From an uncultured Gemmatimonadales bacterium (GTDB lineage Bacteria > Gemmatimonadota > Gemmatimonadetes > Longimicrobiales > RSA9): a stretch of 64,000 nucleotides of DNA. A model generated the notes under the pieces. That model was not told the origin of the DNA, ran no database searches, and saw nothing but the letters and a program-made list of their open reading frames with translations. Both the position numbers and the translations under genes were made by a program. Location: assembly GCA_963708135.1 (NCBI GenBank), contig OY970192.1:1-64000 (forward strand), written 5' to 3'. Positions 1 through 8,858 of the stretch are shown here, piece after piece (position 1 is the first letter of the stretch; the number at the start of each line of letters is the position of its first letter).

Positions 1-374
1 TCCTTCAGCGTCGCACCCGGCACGTACTCCATGGCCATGAACTGCAGGCCGTCGGACGTGTCGCTGAAGTCGTAGATCGCGCACACGTTCGGGTGATGGA
101 TCGCCGAGACGTTGCGCGCGCCGCGGGTGAAGCGGGCGATCGCCTCCGGGTCGCGCGCCATCGGGCCGCGCAGCACCTTGATGGCGTCCTTGCGCCCGAT
201 GCGGGTGTGCTCGGCCAGGTAGACGGCGCCCATGGCGCCCTCGCCGAGCAGGCTCAGGATCCGGTAGCGGCCGGCCAGCAGCGTGCCGACCATGTCCGCG
301 CCTCCGAGCGAGGACCCGGCGCCGGGCCCTCCCCCCGCGGGGACGGACGCGCCGGGCCCGGCGTCCGGGGGCAT
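1..374 (-). CDS. Ser/Thr protein kinase (Hanks type), N-terminal part; runs off the left edge
   Basis: Not in the ORF track. Manual translation: MPPDAG...RYRILSLLGEGAMGAVYLAEHTRIGRKDAIKVL...HHPNVCAIYDF...MAMEYVPG, i.e. Gly-rich loop, AIK lysine, HPNV and MEY motifs. Alternative GTG start at 380. Confidence 0.9.
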   Translation of the reverse strand, partial: MPPDAGPGASVPAGGGPGAGSSLGGADMVGTLLAGRYRILSLLGEGAMGAVYLAEHTRIGRKDAIKVLRGPMARDPEAIARFTRGARNVSAIHHPNVCAIYDFSDTSDGLQFMAMEYVPGATLK

Positions 375-413
375 GGTCACGATCCGATCCGGTTCAACGT
401 ACGGGGCCGCGGC

Positions 414-953
414 TCAGCGGGATCCGCCGGAGCCCGTGCCGCCGCAGCCCTGCGCCTGGCTGCGCTTCTCGACGAACTCGATGGGGCCGTCGTAGCGCTG
501 CACGCGCACGATCTCGAGCGGGTAGGCGGCGGTCTGGAACTGGTTGCAGCCGCGCATCACGTCCACCAGCACGCGCAGCCCCTTCTGCATGCGGCCCTGC
601 GCGTCGGGGACCCTGCGGACGGCCACGCTGTCGACGTGGATCTGGTCGTCCGGCGTCATGCGCCCGGCCGCCACGACCAGCACCATCTCGTGGTCAAAGT
701 CGATCGTCGGCACGGGCGGCGGCGCGCTCTGCTGCGAGGTGGCCTGCTGCCACACGGAGCGCAGGGCCGCCTGGTCGCGCACGACCATGCGGACGGAGTC
801 CTGGATGCCGCCGCCGTTGTCGTAGTAGATGCGGGCCGCGGTCGGCACGGGCTCGGCGGGCGGTGGTGCCGCGGCCTTGGCGTGGTGAAAGCAGGCGGTG
901 GCGCCCGTGGCGCCGATCAGGCCGGCGAGGACGAGGAAGCGCGTTCGTGGCAT
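414..953 (-). CDS. Putative lipoprotein with PrcB C-terminal-like domain
   Basis: MPRTRFLVLAGLIGATGATAC signal with lipobox-like Cys; IDFDHEMVLVVAAG and AYPLEIVRV segments resemble the PrcB_C family; directly downstream of tssM. Confidence 0.6.
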   Translation of the reverse strand: MPRTRFLVLAGLIGATGATACFHHAKAAAPPPAEPVPTAARIYYDNGGGIQDSVRMVVRDQAALRSVWQQATSQQSAPPPVPTIDFDHEMVLVVAAGRMTPDDQIHVDSVAVRRVPDAQGRMQKGLRVLVDVMRGCNQFQTAAYPLEIVRVQRYDGPIEFVEKRSQAQGCGGTGSGGSR

Positions 954-1009
954 GGTGGCTCGCTCAGGGCAACGGGGAACCCCACCGCCTCCCACCGGAG
1001 GGCGGCGGC

Positions 1010-4000
1010 TCATCGGGCGACGTCCGAGACGCAACGGAACTGGTCGAGGTAGTCCCGGCTGAAGATGGGCAGTCCGCCGGCAAAGCTCAACTCGGCCGTA
1101 AGCGTGGTGTGCTGGTCGGGCAGGCTCCACGTCACGAGGTACCGGCCGCCGCCGGTGCTCTTCCAGCTGGCGGTCTCGAACAGGTGGAAGAGGGCCCAGG
1201 TGCCGGGGCGGGCATCGAGCAGCGTGACCTCCGAGCCGCCCACCTGCGCGGTGATCCGGGCCGTGCGCGCGGTCTGCCCGTTCCACGTGTAGGTGTGCGA
1301 GGCCGCCAGCGTGCGCGTGACCTTGCCCACGTTGCCGTCGATGTTGACCGTGATCTCCGGCAGCTCGGGCGTGGTCTGCGGGCGCAGCGTGAACCCCACG
1401 CGCGGCCCGTTGCCGGCGTCGTCGTAGAGCGTGTGGGACAGCGCCGCCGCGCGGTTGAAGAAGGCGACGAAGGCGCTCGTCGGCTGCGGCGTCGCCCCCG
1501 GCTTCGGCGCGTACGCGCGCCCCTGCGGGACGAGCAATCCCTGGAGCGCGTCGTTGTAGAACGACCAGAGCGCGCTGCTGCCCGGCTGCAGCACGGCGGT
1601 TACCTCGTCCGGGCTCGCCTCGGCGGCGGCGTGGGCGCTGAACGGGTACTTGGCGTCCAGCACGCCGAAGCTGCGGCAGAAGGAGCGGCCGCTGGCATCC
1701 ACGGCGGCGGAGGGCAGCCGGTTGATGACGCCGTCCGCGGCGGTGATCGGCGCCTGGAGCAGGCGCTGCACGGCGTCGCCGACGGCGCGCGCATCGCCGT
1801 TGATGTCGAAGCCCTGCGCCATCTGCTGGACGGCCGAGTGCGCCTGCTGCGCCTGCGCGGCGGCGTCCTGCAACGCCTGGTCGCGCGCGGGGCCGCTGGC
1901 GCTCGACACCTGGCCCATGGCCGTCTGGAGACCCACCAGCGCGGCCATGTACTGCTGGTTCGGCTTGTCCACGTAGCGGGGCGCGTTCGGCGCCACCACG
2001 GACTGGACCGGCTGGAACGCGGGACCCACGCTCACCGTGTCGCCGACGGCGGTGTTCGTGGAGGCCAGGGCCAGCAGGTGCAGCAGCGGCGACTGGTTGT
2101 CGCCGAGGCGCGCCAGCTTCTGCGCCGCGTCGGCCGCGCCGCCGAAGCCGGCCACGGCGCCGGCGGCAAGGAAGTGCTGCCAGTGGGAGATGTAGTCGGT
2201 CACGTAGTGCGTGCGCAGCTGCGCCGCCAGCTTGGCCCGGTCCTGGGCCGTGACGGGAGTTTCTCCGAGCACCCACGTCTCGCGCGAGAAGAAGCGGTCC
2301 AGGTGGCTCAGGTTGTCCTGCACGAACGTCCAGCCCGGCTTCGTGAAGGCGCCCGGCACCACGTATTGGTTGCGCACGACGCCGCCGGCGTTCGGCACGG
2401 CCTTGTCGAACTGCACGGGCGGGGCGGCCTGATCGGCCTGGGTGACCATGGCCTGATAGAGCCGGTCCGCGTCCCCGAACTTCAGGAGCAGGGAGCGCGC
2501 GCGGGAGATCGCGGCGGAATCGGGAGCGTCGCCGTAGGGGTCGCCGTAGGGCAGCTCGGTGGCGAAGAAGTCGAACTGGCCGCGCACCAGCCCGAGCCGC
2601 GCGTCATCGGCGGATGCGCCCGCCTGCCAGTACCTGAGGAGCACGGGCGTCAGGAACTCGGGCGTGCTCTCGGCGCCGTGGTCGGTCGTGATCAGGTACG
2701 CCTTCAGCGCGTCGTAGATGCCGCCGTACTCGCTCGTCTGGCTCGGCTGCTCGGGCAGCGCGCGCAACGAGCCGACCAGCTGCCCGCGGCCGTCCTGCCA
2801 CACGAGCCGCCGGAACTCGCGGAAGTAGAGCGAGCGCGCCAGCGGGTAGAGCGCGGCGCCGCGGTAGAGGCCCCAGCCGAGCCGCCACGGACGGCCGCCG
2901 TGCACCCCCGCGGAGAGCCGCGCCGCCTGCGCGCGCAGCGAGTCGAGCGCGAGCAGCGCCTCCGCCGGAGGCGGGTCCGCCACCGTGGCCGGCACGGCCG
3001 CCGCCGCGTGCGCGCCGGCCACGACGTCGCGTTCGAGGGCGCGGTTGCCGAAGTAGGAAACCGTGAAGCCGCCGGCGAAGATGAGCCCGACCAGCGCGGC
3101 GGCGGCGAGCAGCCCGCGCCGCAGCAGGTTGACACGCGCGCCGCCGCCCGTGAGGCCCATGGCCACGCGGTCGCGGAGCACGACATCGGAGAAGATGCGG
3201 GGCAGGAACGTCCACTCCGGAACGCGGCGCGAGGTGCCGGCGGGCGCGCTCTGCTGGCGGGCCGCCGCGGCGGCGCGCAGGGCGGCCGCGTCGAAGACGG
3301 AGGTGGCGCCGATCTCCGGCGCGGCGGCGGGCGCGGCCGGGGCGGCCGCGGCGGTGCCCGTGTCGTGGATGACGATCGGGCGCACGCCCGTGAAGTAGAA
3401 GCCGCGCACGAACGGGCTGGTGCCGAGCTGGCTCGGCCGGCACAGGTCCACCATGAACTGGACGGCCAGGTTCGAGACCTTCAGGAACTCGCGCGGGAAC
3501 TCGTAGTCGCCCGCCTTGAGGTCGTCCGCGTTCTCGCGCGAGAGCACGTCGATGCGGTGCAGCGCGAGGGAGCGGTAGAGGCCGTCGAACGCGCCGGCGA
3601 GGCGGGCCGACTCGCGCTCGGCGTACGCGCCGGCGGCGGCCGGATCGGCCAGTGGCAGGGTGGCGCCGAGCACCTCGCGCGCCTCCTCGCGGGAGAAGCT
3701 GCGCACGTAGTCGCCGAAGTACGGCAGGCGGTCCGCTTTCGTGAAGACGACGTAGACGGGGAGGCGGATCCCGAGCGCCTGCGAGACCTCCTCCAGCCGC
3801 GCGCGCAGCCGCCGTCCCGCGGCCGGCACCGACTCGGAGGCGCCGGGCCGCAGCAGCTCGTCGCACGGGAAGCAGACGACGGCCGTGCGCGGCGCCTGCT
3901 CGCCGCGGGCGAACGCGGCCGCCACGCGGTCCGGACGGATGCGGTGGACGAGCCGCTGCCAGCGCGCGTCGTCCTGGAGCAGGCGGCCGCCCGCCTCCAC

Positions 4001-4471
4001 GATCAGCGTGTCCCCGGCGAGCCAGACGTTGGCCGGGTCCGTCCGCACCACCTCCTCGCCCCGGTGGACCTCGCCTCCGAGCAGCTCGGGCTCGAGGCCG
4101 GAGCGCGTAACGATGGTGGTCTTCGCGCCGCCCGCGGGGCCGAGGACCAGCAGCAGCGGCCGCTTGCCGATCCGCGCGCCCTTGCCGGCGCGCGCCTGCG
4201 CGAGCCGCGCACGGGCGGCCGCGAAGACCGCGTCCAGGTCCTCGACCCCGGCCTGTGGCGACTCGGCCGCCCGCGCGCGCGGCCACAGGTAGTAGAGGAG
4301 CAGCCCGCTGGCGACCAGCCCGAGCACCCACAGCCCGGCCCGCAGGATCCAGAGCCGGCTTCCCGCGAGTGCCAGCGCGCCCGGCACGAACCAGCCGGCC
4401 ACGAGGAACAGCAGGAAGACGACGACGGCGACGCCGACCGCCCGCGCCTTCTTCTTCCCGGCGGCGGTCAT
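1010..4471 (-). CDS. tssM: T6SS membrane complex protein TssM (IcmF)
   Basis: ~1153 aa; two N-terminal TM helices, Walker-A-like GPAGGAKTT, LPVYVVFTKADRL and RGFYFTG motifs, third TM, IcmF C-terminal YPF segment. ATG overlaps the tssL stop (ATGA). Confidence 0.92.
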   Translation of the reverse strand: MTAAGKKKARAVGVAVVVFLLFLVAGWFVPGALALAGSRLWILRAGLWVLGLVASGLLLYYLWPRARAAESPQAGVEDLDAVFAAARARLAQARAGKGARIGKRPLLLVLGPAGGAKTTIVTRSGLEPELLGGEVHRGEEVVRTDPANVWLAGDTLIVEAGGRLLQDDARWQRLVHRIRPDRVAAAFARGEQAPRTAVVCFPCDELLRPGASESVPAAGRRLRARLEEVSQALGIRLPVYVVFTKADRLPYFGDYVRSFSREEAREVLGATLPLADPAAAGAYAERESARLAGAFDGLYRSLALHRIDVLSRENADDLKAGDYEFPREFLKVSNLAVQFMVDLCRPSQLGTSPFVRGFYFTGVRPIVIHDTGTAAAAPAAPAAAPEIGATSVFDAAALRAAAAARQQSAPAGTSRRVPEWTFLPRIFSDVVLRDRVAMGLTGGGARVNLLRRGLLAAAALVGLIFAGGFTVSYFGNRALERDVVAGAHAAAAVPATVADPPPAEALLALDSLRAQAARLSAGVHGGRPWRLGWGLYRGAALYPLARSLYFREFRRLVWQDGRGQLVGSLRALPEQPSQTSEYGGIYDALKAYLITTDHGAESTPEFLTPVLLRYWQAGASADDARLGLVRGQFDFFATELPYGDPYGDAPDSAAISRARSLLLKFGDADRLYQAMVTQADQAAPPVQFDKAVPNAGGVVRNQYVVPGAFTKPGWTFVQDNLSHLDRFFSRETWVLGETPVTAQDRAKLAAQLRTHYVTDYISHWQHFLAAGAVAGFGGAADAAQKLARLGDNQSPLLHLLALASTNTAVGDTVSVGPAFQPVQSVVAPNAPRYVDKPNQQYMAALVGLQTAMGQVSSASGPARDQALQDAAAQAQQAHSAVQQMAQGFDINGDARAVGDAVQRLLQAPITAADGVINRLPSAAVDASGRSFCRSFGVLDAKYPFSAHAAAEASPDEVTAVLQPGSSALWSFYNDALQGLLVPQGRAYAPKPGATPQPTSAFVAFFNRAAALSHTLYDDAGNGPRVGFTLRPQTTPELPEITVNIDGNVGKVTRTLAASHTYTWNGQTARTARITAQVGGSEVTLLDARPGTWALFHLFETASWKSTGGGRYLVTWSLPDQHTTLTAELSFAGGLPIFSRDYLDQFRCVSDVAR

Positions 4472-5190
4472 GGCGTCACCTGCGCCGACAACGTGCGCAT
4501 CTCGGCGACGCCCGGCCCGAGCGCGAGGCGGAACCCGACGAAGAGCAGCACCGCCAACAGCACGGCGAAGGCGGCCGCGTAGCCGAGCCGGCGGATCCAC
4601 GGATCGCGCTGCGTCACCGCCACCTCGCTCTCCGGCAGCGCCCAGGCCGGGGAGAGTGGGGGGCTCCCGCCGCGGATGCGCGTGAGCTTGGCCTGCGCCG
4701 CCGTGATGAAGCCCTGCAGCTCGCCCGGCGCGGCGCCATAGCGGCCGCGGAAGCCGAGCAACAGGCAGAGCAGGAACACCTCGAGCACATCGCCGAGCTC
4801 CTCGGAGTCCTGGCGGCCGATCAGGTCGTGCAGGTAGCGGAAGAAGGTCTCTCCGGCCATGTGCTCGCCGAACACCTCCTCCTGCAGCGGCTGGCGGAAC
4901 CAGTCCGCGAACATCGGCTGGCCGGCGTTGAGGACCGATTCGTCCAGGAACGCGATGAAGGCGAACACCCCGAGCTTCACCGACTCGCCGTCGTAGCCGG
5001 CGCGCCGGGCGTCGGCGTCCATGCCCGTGAGGAGCTGCTTCACGTGCAGGCGGAAGGAGGTCGCGTCGCTCGCCACCTGCCGGTTCGACCGGACGCGAAC
5101 GGCCACGGTGAAGGCCTCCTGCAGGTACAGGGCGAGGCGACCCCGGGGGTGCGGGGACGGCGGGGCGGAGAACGTCGCGGGTTGCGTCAT
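4468..5190 (-). CDS. tssL: T6SS membrane protein TssL (DotU)
   Basis: FIAFLDESVL, PLQEEVFGEHMAGETFF and LCLLLGFRGRY DotU motifs; C-terminal TM helix; no OmpA domain. Confidence 0.93.
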   Translation of the reverse strand: MTQPATFSAPPSPHPRGRLALYLQEAFTVAVRVRSNRQVASDATSFRLHVKQLLTGMDADARRAGYDGESVKLGVFAFIAFLDESVLNAGQPMFADWFRQPLQEEVFGEHMAGETFFRYLHDLIGRQDSEELGDVLEVFLLCLLLGFRGRYGAAPGELQGFITAAQAKLTRIRGGSPPLSPAWALPESEVAVTQRDPWIRRLGYAAAFAVLLAVLLFVGFRLALGPGVAEMRTLSAQVTP

Positions 5191-5298
5191 GGCGCGGATG
5201 ATTCCGGGAACAGGCGCGTGGGTGCGCTCGGTGGCTTCGACATCCGAGTTTCGCAGGGGAGGCGCGCGCTCACGAACGAGCCGGCGCGGCGCATCGCC

Positions 5299-5328
5299 AA
5301 TATAGGAGACGGCCGCCGTCGGGGCCAA
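5299..5328 (-). promoter_or_regulatory. Possible sigma70-type promoter for tssL-tssM
   Basis: Minus strand TTGGCC-N18-TATATT; an AT-rich patch in the otherwise GC-rich tssK-tssL spacer. Confidence 0.35.
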
Positions 5329-5370
5329 TCCGGCGCGCGCGCGCCGGGACGCGGGCCGCCCGGCGGCATC

Positions 5371-6717
5371 CTAGCTCTCGAGAACGATCGCCAGCTCCAG
5401 CTGCGCGTCCGGCACGGCGGCCGGAACGTAGAGCCCGACCTCCCCGGTGTCCACCACGGACTTCCAGCAGGGATCCGTCTTCCGGATGCTGAAGTACTGC
5501 GCCCCGACGCGCGGCGAGATGGCCGAGGGCGGCGTGGCCACGTGCTCGAGCTCCATGCCAGGGTACGCCTCCTTGACGAGCCGGGCGATGTGCTTGGCCG
5601 AGCAGACCTTCAGCAGCTTCGGCACCCGGCCGGCCAGCTCCGCCGCGGAAGCCCTCGAGCGCACCGCCAGGAACCAGTGCGAGGAGGGCGCGAAGCAGCG
5701 CCGGTCGACCACGGTCCCGCCCCAGAGCGACTGCTCCCGCGCCTGCAGCGGCACGGTCACGCAGTTGGTCGGCAGCACCAGGTCCAGGTGCGAGCGGATG
5801 TGGCGGTCGAGCGCCGTGAAGCAGCGGTCCAGGTCGTCGTGGTCGTAGAGCGGCAGATCGCGCGGGTGCGAGGACAGCGAGAACGTGCACAGCGCGCCCG
5901 CCAGTCGGGAGAGCTCGAGGAAGAGCTGCTCCGGGTGGGTCCCGCGCGCCTGCAGGTGGTAGCGCAGCGGCGCCAGCGCCGAGTGGATGGCGTGCGACAG
6001 CCAGAAGCCGGCGATCTCGCGCGCGGCGTACTCCGCCACGTCGCCGGCCCCGCGCTCCGCGGCCATTGCCTCGGCGCGCGCGTCGAGCATGTCAGCCAGC
6101 CGCGCGAGCATGTCCATGAGCCGGGCGCTCGCCTCGATGCGCACGCACGGCGGGATGTACTCGGGGTCGTAGATAAAGTGCCCGGTGCGGTCCCGCCGGA
6201 CCCGGGCGATCGGCAGGGCGACGAGGTCGTCCACCGCCTCCGTGTCCAGCACCAGCCGGAAATTCTTCCGCGCCACGGCGACGGCGCGCTCGTCCGCGCC
6301 CGTCGTCTCGTCCACCACGCTGCGCACGGTCGAGACGTAGCGCACCTCGCCCGCGCCATCCGGCTCGAGCACGCAGTTGGCCCTGCCCGGCTGCTGCGGC
6401 GCGATCACCAGCAGCACGCGGTGGCTGTCCTGCGTGGGCGAGAACAGATCCGCGATCTCCAGCGGCTCCGGCGCCGGGTCCTCCGGGAAGCTGAAGACCC
6501 CGCCGTCCGGCATGATGCCGCGCGCGCCGTTCACGGCCACCGTGCCGTTGAGCAGCGCCTCCGCGTCCAGGTCGATCCCCGCCAGCCCGTACGGCCGGTA
6601 GAACAGGCTGGTGAGCGCGAAGTGCGTCAGCCCCTCGAAGTACCGGCTCTGCAGCTGGAAGTGGTGCGGGGCGAGGTGCATGCCCTCGCTCCAGACGACG
6701 CGCGAAAGAGACTCCAT
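5371..6717 (-). CDS. tssK: T6SS baseplate protein TssK (paralogue 1)
   Basis: VVWSEGMHLAPHHFQLQ N-terminal motif, HPEQLFLELSRLAGAL, YDHDDL, ALP/YPGMELEH; GGGAGG RBS. Confidence 0.93.
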   Translation of the reverse strand: MESLSRVVWSEGMHLAPHHFQLQSRYFEGLTHFALTSLFYRPYGLAGIDLDAEALLNGTVAVNGARGIMPDGGVFSFPEDPAPEPLEIADLFSPTQDSHRVLLVIAPQQPGRANCVLEPDGAGEVRYVSTVRSVVDETTGADERAVAVARKNFRLVLDTEAVDDLVALPIARVRRDRTGHFIYDPEYIPPCVRIEASARLMDMLARLADMLDARAEAMAAERGAGDVAEYAAREIAGFWLSHAIHSALAPLRYHLQARGTHPEQLFLELSRLAGALCTFSLSSHPRDLPLYDHDDLDRCFTALDRHIRSHLDLVLPTNCVTVPLQAREQSLWGGTVVDRRCFAPSSHWFLAVRSRASAAELAGRVPKLLKVCSAKHIARLVKEAYPGMELEHVATPPSAISPRVGAQYFSIRKTDPCWKSVVDTGEVGLYVPAAVPDAQLELAIVLES

Positions 6718-6801
6718 ACTCCTCCCTGGAACGGTCGTGCCCGGCGGGCCGAGCGCGCGCCCGCCAGCGGTCGGATCGACTCGGTGGCGGGCCTCGCCCG
6801 T

Positions 6802-6832
6802 TTGCTCCTCGGCGGAGGGCAGTATAGTATAG
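6802..6832. promoter_or_regulatory. Candidate overlapping divergent promoter core (AGTATAGTATAG)
   Basis: Plus strand TTGCTC-N17-TAGTAT; minus strand has two TATACT hexamers. Lies between divergent tssK1 and the repeat protein gene. Confidence 0.4.
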
Positions 6833-6919
6833 CCGTCCGCGCCGCAATGCACGCGGGGCGCTCGCGCCGCGCCGCGCGGCCATCCGTTTCGCATCCGCTC
6901 CCGCTCGAATTCGTGGCCC

Positions 6920-8827
6920 ATGACCTCCGACGAGTTCCGCGCCCGCTACAGGCTGCTCCAGCAGGTCGCCGAGGGCGCCGTCCGCACTCACCACGTGATG
7001 GCGTCCACCGGCGCCGTCGTGATGGCTCACTTCCTCGAGGGCTCCAGCGACGAGCGCCGCGAGATCCTCGCGCTCGTCGACCGCCTCGGCCCCGCCGACC
7101 GCCGCCGCGTGCTCGACGTCGGTGACGTCGACGGGACGCCCGTCATCGTCACCAAGTTCATCCTCGACTTCGACTCCCTCGCCGACTGGCTCGCCGCGCA
7201 CGCCGAGCCCGCGGCCGCCACTGCGCCGGCGACGCCGGCGGACCAGCTCCCGGCCGCGCCGGCGCCCGCGCCCGCCGCGGCTACGCCGCCGCCGGCGGAG
7301 GAGCCGGGCGAGTTCACGCGGGCCTTCCAAGCGGCCCATCCGGCGGGCGGGGAGATGCCCGCCGCGGAGCCGCAGGACCCGCCGGCCGCGCCGCCGGACG
7401 CGGAGCCCGCGGCCGCCGCCAGCCCGCCGCCGGCGGAGGAGCCCGGCGAGTTCACGCGCCTGTTCCAGGCGGCATCGGCGCCGCGCGAGGACGCGGTGCC
7501 CCGCCCGCCGACCCAGCCCGCTGCGGAGCCCCAGGCCGAGGGGCCGCCTCCGACGCCGGTGGAGCCGCGGAGCGCGGAGCTGGCGCCCCCGGCGGAGCCG
7601 CGGAGCGCGGAGCCGGCGCCTCCCGCGGCCGGTCCGCCGCCGGCTCGGGAGACCGGCGAGTTCACGCGGGCGTTCCGGGCGGCCTCCCCGCCGGGCGGCG
7701 GGGCGCCCGCCGAGGAGCCGCCGACCCCGCCGGCCGCGGCGCCGGGCGTGGAGCCGGGGCCTGCGGTCACCCCGCCGCCGGCCGCGGAGCCCGGCGAGTT
7801 CACGCGCCTGTTCCAGGCGGCATCGGCGCCGCGCGAGGACGCGGTGCCCCGCCCGCCGACCCAGCCCGCTGCGGAGCCCCAGGCCGAGGGGCCTCCTCCG
7901 ACGCCGGCGGAGCCGCGGAGCGCGGAGCTGGCGCCTCCCGCGGCCGGTGCGCCGCCGGCTCGGGAGCCGGGCGAGTTCACGCGGCTGTTCCGCGCCGCTT
8001 CGGGTGGAGCGGGCGGAGGAGCTTCCGAGCGGCCGGCGGGTGCGGCGCCCGCCGGGGAGCGTCCGGCGCCGACGTCGCCTGGAGGACCCTCGACGGGGCG
8101 GCCCTCCATCCCCGAGCCACGGCTCGGCGGACCCGGGCCGGGAGCCCCGGAGACCTTGCCGGACCGGCCGGCGACCGGTGCGCCGCCGGCACACGCGGGG
8201 GAGGGGCCGGCGCTGTCGTTCGGTCCCGCGGAAGCGAGCAAGAACGAGCCGGAGGGGCAGTACACGCGGGTTTTCCGGACGCCCTACGGATCCCCGGCGC
8301 CGCCGGCGCCGCCGGCCCGGCCCGCCGAGCCGCCGCCGCCGCCGGAGGCGCCGAAGGGAGCGCCGGGCGAGTACACCCGCATCTTCGGCCGGGTGCAGCC
8401 GCCGGCGGGGGCCGGCCCGGCACAGCCGTCGGAACCCCCCGCCACCCCGCCTCCGCCGGCCGCAGGTCCGGGGCTGGATGACTACGCCCGCCGGCTGGGC
8501 GGCGCCGCGGGGGCGCCCGCCCCGCCGCAGCGGCCGGCCTTCGGCGCCCCGGCGCCGCCACCTCTAGCGCCCCCCTCGGGGCCGGGGGAGTTCACCCGCG
8601 TCATCTCGGCGCACACCCCGGGCGCGTCGCCCCCGCCGCCGGCGGTGCCGGCGCCGCCCCCTTACGCCGTGCCCCCCGCAGCGCCGCCGCCGCCCGCCGG
8701 AGGGGCACAGGCCGCGCCGGCGGGAGCCGGCAAGCCGCGCTCGATCCTTCCGCTGGTCCTGGGGTTGTCGGCGATCGTCGTGGCGGCGCTGGTGCTGATC
8801 CTGATCTTCGCGCTGAGCAAGGGGTGA
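6920..8827 (+). CDS. Pro/Ala-rich membrane-anchored protein with kinase-N-lobe-like N-terminus and 8 GEFTR repeats
   Basis: 635 aa. N-terminus RYRLLQQVAEGAVRTHH... resembles a degenerate kinase N-lobe; repeated PGEFTRLF-type motifs; C-terminal TM ILPLVLGLSAIVVAALVLILIFAL. Confidence 0.8.
   Translation: MTSDEFRARYRLLQQVAEGAVRTHHVMASTGAVVMAHFLEGSSDERREILALVDRLGPADRRRVLDVGDVDGTPVIVTKFILDFDSLADWLAAHAEPAAATAPATPADQLPAAPAPAPAAATPPPAEEPGEFTRAFQAAHPAGGEMPAAEPQDPPAAPPDAEPAAAASPPPAEEPGEFTRLFQAASAPREDAVPRPPTQPAAEPQAEGPPPTPVEPRSAELAPPAEPRSAEPAPPAAGPPPARETGEFTRAFRAASPPGGGAPAEEPPTPPAAAPGVEPGPAVTPPPAAEPGEFTRLFQAASAPREDAVPRPPTQPAAEPQAEGPPPTPAEPRSAELAPPAAGAPPAREPGEFTRLFRAASGGAGGGASERPAGAAPAGERPAPTSPGGPSTGRPSIPEPRLGGPGPGAPETLPDRPATGAPPAHAGEGPALSFGPAEASKNEPEGQYTRVFRTPYGSPAPPAPPARPAEPPPPPEAPKGAPGEYTRIFGRVQPPAGAGPAQPSEPPATPPPPAAGPGLDDYARRLGGAAGAPAPPQRPAFGAPAPPPLAPPSGPGEFTRVISAHTPGASPPPPAVPAPPPYAVPPAAPPPPAGGAQAAPAGAGKPRSILPLVLGLSAIVVAALVLILIFALSKG
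7438..7935 (+). repeat. ~150 bp near-identical internal duplication (7438-7587 vs 7786-7935)
   Basis: Both copies begin GGAGCCCGGCGAGTTCACGCGCCTGTTCCAGGCG and differ at about two positions; offset 348 bp (in frame). Confidence 0.9.
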
Positions 8828-8858
8828 GGCCGGCGGGAGCCGCTGCGCGCGAGCTGGG

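Noticed and set aside
863..4582. Very long antisense or alternative-frame ORFs (e.g. 863-4582, 18778-21825, 27995-30883, upstream part of 59115-63836)
   Set aside because: They shadow well-supported genes; their Arg/Gly/Pro-rich translations are expected from stop-codon scarcity at very high GC.
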